Source of the DNA: Albugo candida
Lineage: Eukaryota
NCBI GenBank assembly: GCA_040437565.1
Contig: JBDOQK010000024.1
Location: forward strand, 248,001 to 312,000
Length of the DNA: 64,000 nt
Direction of reading: 5' to 3'
Both the position numbers and the translations under genes were made by a program. A model generated the notes under the pieces. The model worked only from the letters and a program-made list of their open reading frames with translations, did no database searches and was not told the DNA's origin. Positions 1 to 10,660 of this stretch are shown here, piece after piece. The stretch's first letter is position 1, and every line of letters starts with the position of its first letter.

Positions 1-1549
1 GGGTCGTCTCCCCAAGAAGATATAGTTCGATCTCTTCCGAGAGTAAGCTGAGTTGACTCCAATATGGGCTCAGGTGTCGTTAAAACCATTCGAAAGCGGT
101 GATTTAGCTCTATAATGTATTTTACAGCGTCGACTTGCATCAGTGCGATCATCGGGAATGCATGCTGGACGCCCAACGAGATGCATGGACACTGCTGAGG
201 CCTTGTGTCATTTCAGAGCTTCCCCTCACACCATCTTTTCGCGCACCATACGCAGCTTTACTCCCACCCATACATCGTTGTCTTGCTATCTTCTTATCCA
301 CCAGGCAGTTGACAGATTGCTGGACGGTAACTGTAGCCTTCCGTGGCTCATTCTGCACTATGCGGGCAATTATCCCTTCTGCACCCCATTTCTTCTCGAA
401 TATCGATGGACTGTAGTCTCAAAAGTACGCGCTGAGGTTGACGCGCTCAAGCAAAGCCAGTCCCCGGTGGATGAATCAGTGACTTCCTCTCCGCACACTA
501 CTTCGCCTGATCGAATGCCCTGCACCACGATCGATCAAGCGCTGCCATGACACTTACAAGCCGCGAACTCACGATATGTAGAGATCGTCTCGAAAAGGGA
601 AGAAGGTGACTGAGGGTCATGCTAGGTGTTACATGTATCCTTCTTCCCCTGATTGAACTATGGTCGTATGAATTCAAAAATAATCGGTGCGGATCTCTTT
701 TATAGCTTCAACTTGTGCTTATGCTAGCTTATCATCTTCGTATCTCGTACGTGAACATATACGCATCCAAAGTGTCCATACCGAATCAGTAAGATTGTTG
801 ATGCCGAGGGACAAATTTCCGCAGGATACGTCTTTGACTTCTCAAATTAGCGGCGTTCCGGTTTCTGATAACCAGAGTCATGGGCTGACAATTACATTGA
901 CCTAAGACTGGGATTGAGTATTTTAGCTTGTTCGCGTGGCTCGCTAAAAAAATTTTCCTACACAAAGCGTTTATGTAATCCTTCAGAGAAATCGTCCCAT
1001 CAGAGAATGCTTGAAGGAATCGGAAGCGGCTTGGCTGGGTCTAAGAAAGTTGTAACAGCCCCAAGAAAATATGTGTACGTGGCCGGATGATTCGTTGTCT
1101 CTACGGTGCTATATTTGCTGAAGCTGTCAAATCACGTATCGTTCATCCCAAGCAATTGCGAGGGGTTCAATGGCTCGATCAAAGAACGTGTGCGTGATCT
1201 TCCGCGCTGAAATAATGCGAAGAAATATGTCGGAACCACATAATTGCTCGAATTGATGGCATTGGGGTTTGTGTCGAAAAATCTTGAAAAATTGGAAACA
1301 CATAAACAAGTTCTTTTCTTAGTGGCATCCATGGTCGATGTACTGTCCTCACTCTCATAGAAACCAACTGAAAACGCTTCGAAGCCAACAAATCTTGATG
1401 ACTTCTCAGGAGCTTCGCGTCCATTCCCCCAAGACGATTGACACAATTAGCCAAACACCATTCGATGGTAGCAATGCGCTCATACAAGTCCATGCTTTTT
1501 CTCGATCGGTCTTGCGGCGTTGCGGTTCAGCTGCTTGTTTGGGGCCGAA

Positions 1550-1870
1550 ATCCCATTGATCCGTGCATAGAAAAGAAGAACGTACGTGTCTTAGATATTT
1601 ACATCACCTCGAATCAATACATTGGATCCCGGGAAAAACATTGCAAGAGATACAGAATGGGAAAATTGACTCCAACTCGGCCGACATCAATCTCGTGTTG
1701 CAATTTCCGGGAAGATAATACAGAAGATGTGAAAATAGCACGATTGTTACCATATGAATTCTGCTTGTTGAGTTTAATCGCTTCTTCCAGCGATTCGACC
1801 AACATGCATACAAGCACAGTTCCAGCTATCTCTTTTGTGTTCGCGACATGGCGCATGCTAATATTGTCCA
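1550..1870 (-). pseudogene. Decayed 3' fragment of methylmalonate-semialdehyde dehydrogenase (ALDH6-type)
   Basis: KEIAGTVLVCMLVESLEEAIKL...YGNNRAIFTSS...RKLQHEIDVGRVGVNFPI matches the MMSDH pattern EEIFGPVL...YGNGTAIFT...KFQHEIDVGQVGINVPI. After a frameshift near 1650 it reads MFFPGS..IRGDVNI* (TAA at 1591-1593), versus the canonical MFSFTGSR.S.RGD.NFYGK. Confidence 0.75.
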
Positions 1871-2443
1871 ATAGCATAGCAACATGCCCCAGACTCCCGC
1901 TGAATCGCTCATTGATGTGCTGGTGATTTATTATGATTTGTGTGTATCGCGGGCAATGCATAGGATAAGTAGTATTTCCTACTATGACCAGAAAGCTGGT
2001 AGAATAGATCATTGGATAGACTGTATAATTATCTGAAGAGTACGATTTATTGTATACAAATCTGGAAATGACTTGGTAGAACAAATTGACATGACGTATC
2101 ATAACTATAGAAATAATTTCCGGACGGTCTGCATGTTCTTCGCAGTGCCCGAGAGATACATACACGTACCCGTATTAAGCAAAGCCTCGTTCTCCGCACA
2201 TTTGTATAGTTTTGACCATACAGAAATCAACCTCTTCTTAGATACCATATACACGACCACGGTTGCTGCTGTATGAAAATTCTTGCAGTCTGAAATTACG
2301 CTAAAAGTGACAAAACCTGATTTGCGAATCCATAACTATAGTTTTTCCTGTCTAAGTGATCGAAAATGAAGGATCAATGCGCATTTTTTCTGTTGTGATC
2401 ACCGACTCGTAGTCACCGATTCAAAGAACGCACATCGAGGTAG

Positions 2444-2448
2444 CCAAT
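2444..2448 (+). promoter_or_regulatory. Possible CCAAT box upstream of POLE
   Basis: TAGCCAATAA about 95 bp upstream of ATG 2542. Short motif, so it could occur by chance. Confidence 0.3.
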
Positions 2449-2541
2449 AAGATTCTGGTATGGTGCTGATTGTGTCTCTATTATCCAATCGCAATTATCC
2501 GCGCTGAATATTCGCGAAATTCGCGCGTCATTGTTGCTGGC

Positions 2542-5500
2542 ATGGATCGTACATTGGACAGGAATCAGGAAAGACAAGAAAAAAGAGCGCATTTTCAGCG
2601 ACTGAACAAGCCTGTATCCCGTGAATCATCAAGGATAAAAAATTCTAAAGGAGCTCGAGCAAACAAGAATCAGAATGGTGGCCGCGCTTTGGCCGGCAAT
2701 AAAATACGTGCGCTGCAAGAAAACGATCAACTCGATGCATCTCTCGGCTTCCCACTGCTGAAAGATATAGTTGAAAACGAAATGCAAGAAGAAGCAGGGG
2801 GCAGAAATCTGTGGAATGAGTCGTGTACAGAACGTCTCGGGTGGCTACTCAACTTTCGTGCCTCGACCATGATCGAGAAAATAAATGAAGTGGACAGAGA
2901 GGTCAGCGCAATTGATTTGTACTTTATTCAGCAAGATGGTCATGGGTTCAAAACGCGTGTTGTGTATCGTCCGTACTTTTACGTTCGCCTCGACGGCCAC
3001 GGAGCAATTGCTCAACGCGCGATTCTTTTCTTGCAAAAGAAATTCGAAGGTATGATGGAAAGCATTACACGAGTATATCGGGAAGACTTGGATCTACCGA
3101 ATCACCTGAGCGGGAAGAAAGCTCTTCTTCTCAAGCTAGCTTTCGCTACTGTGAATGATCTGATTCAGGTGAGGAACGAATTAAGCTCGCTGATACTTCG
3201 CAATCGAGCACAACAAAAGTCAAAGGAGGCGTACTTGAGCTCATCTACATGTAGCTCTTCCACTCAGAGACTCTTAGATTTAGAAGATTTGGTAATAAGT
3301 GACGATGAAGAAAGCGGTCATCATGCTACCTTGTCGATGCAAGCCAGTATGGATGACCCAATCGAGACATCATTTCTTGAACTCCGAGAATACGACGTCC
3401 CTTATGCGATGCGAGCAGCAATCGATCTAGATCTCCGAGTCGGATCTTGGTATCATGTCAAATATATTCATATGGAGCCATATGATCCTCATCATATCTC
3501 CAAGGACGCTCAATTAGTAGACAAAGCAGAGCCTATCGTTTGTGCTTTTGACATTGAAACCACAAAACAGCCATTGAAGTTTCCTGATGCGAATGCAGGG
3601 GATCAGATTTACATGATTTCATACATGATTGACCGTCAAGGTTTTCTTCTGGTCAACCGCGAGTTTGTATCTGAATCCATTCCGGCCTTTGAATACACTC
3701 CGAAACAAGTCTACCCCGGAGAATTTGAGGTTATCAACGTAGAGAATGAGAAAAATCTTTTGGAAGCATTCATTTCCCACCTTAAAGAAGCACGTCCCCA
3801 TATCTACGTCACGTACAATGGAGATTTCTTTGATTGGCCTTTTCTAGAAGTTCGCTGTCAAATGCATCATATCGATATGTCGAAAGCTCTCGGCATTTTC
3901 AAAACACGCGCTGGAATGAACAATAAGAAGGGAAAACGTGTTGAGTCGGAAGGCTACACCGAAGAAGACACAATCGCTGGGGACAAGAAATTCGATTCCT
4001 CGAATGTCACTTATGAATATCGTGGTCATGCATGCGTGCATTTGGATGCATTCTGCTGGGTTAAACGTGACTCTTATCTTCCTCAAGGTTCACAAGGGCT
4101 CAAAGCTGTGACGAAATACAAATTAGGCTATGATCCCGTTGAAGTGGATGCGGAAGATATGCTTTCCTTGGCACAAGAAGACCCGATGCAAATGGCGACG
4201 TACTCAGTATCTGATGCTGTCGCAACCTTTTACTTGTATGAAAAGTACGTTCATTTATTCGTTTTCTCTCTCTGCACAATCATCCCACTTTCGAGCGAGG
4301 ACGTTCTCCGAAAAGGCTCTGGAACCTTATGTGAGGCGCTCCTAATGGTCGAAGCTTTCCGTGGAAATATTATTTGTCCCAATAAGAGCACAAACGGTAT
4401 CAAATGGAGTGAAGGCGAAGAAGAAAAGTTTCATCGAGATACGTACCTTCTCGAGAATGAGACTTATGTCGGCGGTCACGTGGAGTGCCTTGAATCAGGC
4501 GTATTTCGATCAGATCTCGAGTATGACTTCAAAATAGAGACCCAGGCTATTGATCTACTTATTGAGAATCTTGATAGTGATCTGAAATCAGCGCTGGAAA
4601 GTGAGTGTGGGATCGCTGGTTGTGATGTGGAGGGTCAAGTGCTTGATTACTCAACTGTGAAGTCGCAGCTGAAGGACAAGCTACTATCGCTCAAGCAGAA
4701 ACCACAAAGACGAGAACTCCCTTTGATTTATCATTTTGATGTCGGAGCAATGTACCCAAATATCATTCTCACAAATCGCTTGCAACCTTGTGCGATTGTC
4801 ACGGAACGAGAATGTGCCGCATGTACTTTCAATACAACCTGTGGGCAGACTTTGTTACAGACACAAACTGGCAATAAAGATGTTATGTCTAGCTCGGATA
4901 TTTGCCAACGAGAGCTGGAATGGGTATGGAGAGGAGATTACTACCCAGCCCGCAAGCAGGAATACTTATCGCTAAAGACTCAAGTGCAGTACGAGAACTT
5001 TCCAATCTCTTCAAAAGATCGTTTGAACGCAGACACGGTCAGGATGGTGCCTTATACATCGTTATCCAAGGGTACACAAGGACGAATTTTGAAAGAAAGG
5101 CTGAAAGCATACTGCTCAAATGTTTATAAGAAGAATAAGATCACACGTGAAGAAACGAGGCAGGCTACAATCTGCATGCGTGAGAATCCCTTTTATGTCA
5201 ACACTGTCCGCGCCTTTCGGGATCGACGTTATGAATACAAAAGCCTCACGAAAAAGTGGAAGAAGGCATACACTGAAGCCGAAAAGGAACAAGACGCACT
5301 CAACATGAAATACGCACAGGACAAATCGTTGGTATACGATTCGCTACAACTGGCTCACAAATGCATTCTTAACTCGTTTTACGGCTATGTTATGCGTAAA
5401 GGAGCTCGATGGCATTCAATGGAAATGGCCGGTGTGGTTACGCACACTGGAAGTCAGATTATCAAGCAGGCCCGAGAATGGATCGAGCGAATTGGAAGGC

Positions 5501-8500
5501 CCTTGGAGCTTGACACGGATGGTATTTGGTGCATACTTCCGTCCTCATTTCCAGACACTGTACAGTTCCAAGTCGTCTCCTCCGTGCAGGACTCCTTACA
5601 AAGTCCGCAAACTCGAGAGATTTCGTATCCATGCATTCTTTTGAATGCTTTGGTGGAAAAATCATTCCAAAATCCTCAGTATCATGAACAAGATGAAAAT
5701 GGGCTTTGGAAAACACGCAGCGAGTGCTCCATTTACTTTGAAATTGACGGGCCGTATAAGTGTATGGTGCTACCTGCATCGACCGACGAAGGAAGACTTT
5801 TGAAGAAACGATATGCTGTATTCCATGAAGATGGGACGCTCGCCGAACTCAAGGGTTTTGAATTAAAACGACGAGGGGAATTAGAGCTTGTGAAAGCATT
5901 TCAATCTCGTGTGTTTGACACCTTCCTAGACGGAAACAGTTTGGAAGAATGCTATGCAAGCGTAGCTGCTTGTGCCAATCGCTGGCTCGATATTCTTGAA
6001 AGTCGTGGAGCAGGGATGCACGAATCTGAAGTACTTGAGCTTCTCACAGAGAAAAAAACAATGTCGGGGTCGGTATCTCAATACGGCAACCAGAAATCCA
6101 CCAGTTTGACGACTGCAAAACGGCTGGCGGAACTCCTGGGTGACGATTTGCTTCAAGGTCGAACTGGACTCACCTGTGAGTATATCATCGCTTCAAAGCC
6201 TTCACATGAAAAAGTGACGGAACGAGCTATTCCAGCCGCGATCTTTGCCATTCAAGACGATGCAGTCAAGTGGCATTACTTGCGAAAATGGTGCAAGGAT
6301 TCGGAATTGATGAGCATCAATGTGTGTGATTTACTTGATTGGGAATATTACTGGCAACGATTTGCATCCACAGTCCAAAAAATTATCTCCATCCCTGCAG
6401 CTTTTCAAAATATCCAGAATCCAGTTCCTCGAGTCGCTCTTCCCGATTGGACATTGAAAAAAGTTCGCGAGCAACATGCAAAGCATCAGCAAGGAAGCAT
6501 GCTCAAGTATTTGGTAACGCCAGCTCAAGTTGAGGCCGTCTCCCATCAAAACCCCTCCGACTGTGATATGACGGACGCTGCGGACCTTACGGCTACCATG
6601 GTGCAAGCGGAGGTGACTTGTTCTTTGCAGCAGGTCAAAGTCGTGAAATTCGGCGACGTTCCCGTTGACGAATGGCTTCAAGCTCGCAAATATCGATGGA
6701 AGGAATTGTTGCAAAAGCGTTCTCGATTACGGGTGATGAGAGAGAAAAACTTCAGAAATGAACGACTTATGGCCAATTTGAGCAAACGCAATCGATTTAA
6801 AGACGATAGCTTCTCGGAAGGTCGAAATTTGCGACGAAAGGGACTTTCATCGTTCATGATTGAGAATTTTGTCTTTGATACGCAAAAGACTTTGGCGAAT
6901 GAAGCTTGGGAACTGATTGAGATATTTCAGGAAGAAAATTCTGCTGGGAGACTGATATGTTGGCTAATCACTTCGGAATCGAGGCTACTCCAGCGCATTG
7001 AGCTCAAAGTACCTCGTGTATTCTACCTGGAATGCATTGCTAAGGATGGGGAAGAGGAGGAGCGCCTTGGGATTTTAGAGAGTCGTCTTGCGTCTGTAGC
7101 AAAACGTGTTCATCGAACGCTTCCTCATGACGGCGGGCAATCACAATCAATGGAAGGATTGGTCTTATTAGAGCTCCGATTGAGTGAAGAACACTTTCAA
7201 AAGAACCAGAAACAATTGATCCCTGAAATCATGGCTGATCCACTCGTTGTCAAGATCCATGAGCTACAAGTAGATCCATTGGTGCGCGCTGTCTGCAAGC
7301 TCGGGTGTGTGATCACAAGTGACCTCAACCATCAAAGTAGGATCGATGCAGACAATGCGTCTTCCCTTTCATCCAGTTTGGGTCAATTCAAGCTGGATGA
7401 CCTTAGATTCCAGTCAACTGCAAGCGTGCCATACTTGCCTCCATCAAGGCAAAAGATCGAGTCAATTAGCCAACGAGGAACGCATTTACCAGCCACAAAT
7501 CGGATTCTCTTATACCACACGCAGCAAAATAATCGAGCAGCCCTGGCGATCGTTAATCCGTGTGAAATGGTCGTAGAAGGAGATGTATCTGAAAGTCGAC
7601 ACATTCGTTGCAGAGGGTTTGCGTCGATCTGGCTCGCTGATCCTGCAAGTGGCAGCGTCAAATCCACCAAGCAACTATCCCAAAGCCTTGAGGAGATGAT
7701 TCCTGACCTTTTTGTAACGTACCAGAATCAGAATACCAAGCAGCAACGCGCTGAATCCGCTTTACTCATGGAGACCTGTTCTTTTGATGCCCATATTGTC
7801 AAAGACATCAATGCTGCCTTCTCTGCAGCAAATGCGTTCCTGTGCAAGCTTCAAAATTCACAGATGCGATCAGCTCATCGTCCTGCGATTGTGGTCGCTC
7901 AATCTTGTTTTGGTCCCGATCAGCGTCGTCTACGGTCAAAGATGACGTGTCTACACGAGTTCCCGCTTGTTCTTTTGCCCTGGAGGAGTAGTGAAGCCCC
8001 GATCTTTCGAGCTCTTACATGGCGAACCGAAGTAAGTCGTGCAATCGTTCCCAAACTCTTTGAAATGATGCATTTCGCCGATGAACTGATCGCATGTGCT
8101 CGGTATGCGCATATACCCGTCGGTAACTTTGTGAGCCTGACACGGGGCATTGGCTCAACCGATCATTCATTAACAGTCTTGGACATTTTGTATTCCCGTA
8201 TCCTGACAGCTCACAAGCATCTTTGGTGGCATTCATCACGACTCGAGTTGGACGAAATGGCTGCGTCTTGGCTACCATCGACACCTTCCGTGCTTGTTTC
8301 CAACACTGGGTCTTATCCGCATGTATGCGCAGAGTTGGAACTGGACGGCCTGGCTGTGTGCTCGATCCTCACAAGTTCTCAGCTTGCTTCGCTGGAGACT
8401 GATTTCTCCTTTTGTCTAAGTGACACAAGTCAAAGTCGTCTTGGAATGCAACACCCAACTTCAGAAGCGCTCCTCAAAACATCTGAACCAAGCTCAGTAG

Positions 8501-10365
8501 CGTTCTCATTGTTACGTTCTTTGGTGACGACTTTGTTCAAAGACTTTGTGGCCACACGGAACCAATTTGCTGATTATTTGCTTCAGCAAGTATATCGATG
8601 GCTTTGTGCCTCCCATGGAGCGCTTTCTTACGATCGAGAACTTGTGGAAATGGTACAGTTGCTCATGCGAAAAGCTCTGCTTCAATTGCTAGCTGAATTT
8701 CGGCGCTTGGGTGCCGAAGTGATCTATGCCGACGTTGGCAACTCGAAAATAGTCGTCAATACAAAACGAAACTCTATGAAGGAAGCGCAGTCGTATCTCA
8801 ACTTTGTGCTTACGACTATAGCCAAGCAAGAAATGTTTCAGGTGCTCCAATTAACGCCAAGAAGGGTACGTTGCGAGTGAATGTGTTGATACGCTTGTCT
8901 GGGAAAGCTAATGCTTCTCTCTGTAGTTTCTCTCCCATCTCTTCTTTTACGATATTGAAAATTACGGGGCCGTTGCATGGAACACAGACTCGAATGAGTC
9001 CAAGAGCCCAAAACCGATGGAAGACGCCTTACACGTCATTTCGCACTGGAATATCGCCAACTATTTACCGGCTGGCGTTGACGAATACTTTGTCTTACTG
9101 GTCGGCCAATTCATACGACGATATGCGAAATTTCATATTCAGCCTAAAAGCGATGAAAACAACCAAATGAAAGAATCTATCGATGAGTACTTTGATCAGG
9201 ATATGCATATGAAACAACAGCTTCCAAAGTATTTGCAAAATCTGATGCGATCGTATTTTGCCAACAAAATGCTTCGTATCGTCACAGAGATTAACCAATG
9301 TGACTTGGATCCTTCCAGTTTCCCCATGTATGCTGGATCACATCTTCCTCTACAGAATCCTGCTTTAGAGCTGCTCAAATCGGTGACGGCTATTTTTGCA
9401 CTGGAACCAGCAGTGGCACTCGAAGTTGAAAATGTCAAGCGAACGCTTCTTCGAGTCTTGAATGTGAGTGAATTTGCAGAAGCGGCCCGATTTCGTAATC
9501 CTTCGCTCTCGTTCATTATTCCTCAAGTGATTTGCTCGACTTGCAATTTGTGCCGCTCAATCGATGTGTGTCGTGATCCTCAGCTGTTTCAGGTCAACGT
9601 GCTCGGTGAAGATGTAAATGATTCGACTCGGGACGAGAAAACGGAACGGGAAGAGAATACGATGGTCCAGATTCAAAGTGCCTGGCATTGTCCACGTTGT
9701 TTGACCTCGTACGATCTCGAGCTCATGGAGCTTATTCTAGTGGAGATGGTGCAGTTCACATCACTCAACTACCAGCTTCAGGATCTTTACTGCTACAAAT
9801 GTCAACTTCCGAAAGAGCACAAAATGTCACAATATTGTAAGTGTTCTGGGAACTATATATTATCACAGGGTGGAATTCAGAGCAAGAATCAATGGAGTCA
9901 CCTCGGCGGTGATATCCACCAAACCATTCACATTTTATCGCGTATAGCGGTGCAGCACCAATTTTATTATCTCCAAGAAGTGTGCGAGACGCTACAACNN
10001 NNNNNNNNNNNNNNNNNNNNNNNNNNNNNNNNNNNNNNNNNNNNNNNNNNNNNNNNNNNNNNNNNNNNNNNNNNNNNNNNNNNNNNNNNNNNNNNNNNCT
10101 AGTGGAGATGGTGCAGTTCACATCACTCAACTACCAGCTTCAGGATCTTTACTGCTACAAATGTCAACTTCCGAAAGAGCACAAAATGTCACAATATTGT
10201 AAGTGTTCTGGGAACTATATATTATCACAGGGTGGAATTCAGAGCAAGAATCAATGGAGTCACCTCGGCGGTGATATCCACCAAACCATTCACATTTTAT
10301 CGCGTATAGCGGTGCAGCACCAATTTTATTATCTCCAAGAAGTGTGCGAGACGCTACAACTGTGA
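2542..10365 (+). CDS. POLE: DNA polymerase epsilon catalytic subunit
   Basis: Motifs present: ExoI AFDIETTK, motif A YHFDVGAMYPNIILTNRLQP, CysX CAACTFN..C, motif B LAHKCILNSFYGY, motif C LELDTDGIWC, and C-terminal CysA/CysB (CSTC..CPRC; CYKC..CKC). A phase-0 intron at 8866-8926 (GTACG...GCTAAT...TAG) joins the 2470 and 9017 ORFs. The stop lies in the repeated copy after the gap at 9999-10098. Confidence 0.97.
9737..10360. repeat. 262-bp direct repeat around 100-N gap (9737-9998 = 10099-10360), probable assembly overlap
   Basis: Matching sequence ends at the gap and restarts right after it. Confidence 0.9.
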
Positions 10366-10660
10366 TCGTAAAATGTGTATGCCCACTCACCACTGTGCAA
10401 GACATCAGTCAGTATCACTCTACAAATTATTATCGTCGCTAGTGCTCGAACAATATGATAATACATAGTTTAGATTGGCTTGCTATAATTGCACTCTTTG
10501 TTCCTTTCTGTTCTGACTGTACCTTAAAAGTATCTTTTAGCCAGTGACTAGCTATGCAAATTATTATCTTGCTATCATAGCTACCAGTACTATAGAAATC
10601 AGTTGGGGTATTAAACAAGCGAAGAGACCGATACAAATACATAAGAGGTAAGGCGTTGCC

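Noticed and set aside
9017-10365. Separate Zn-finger gene or split POLE
   Set aside because: A canonical 61-nt intron (8866-8926) joins it in frame to POLE.
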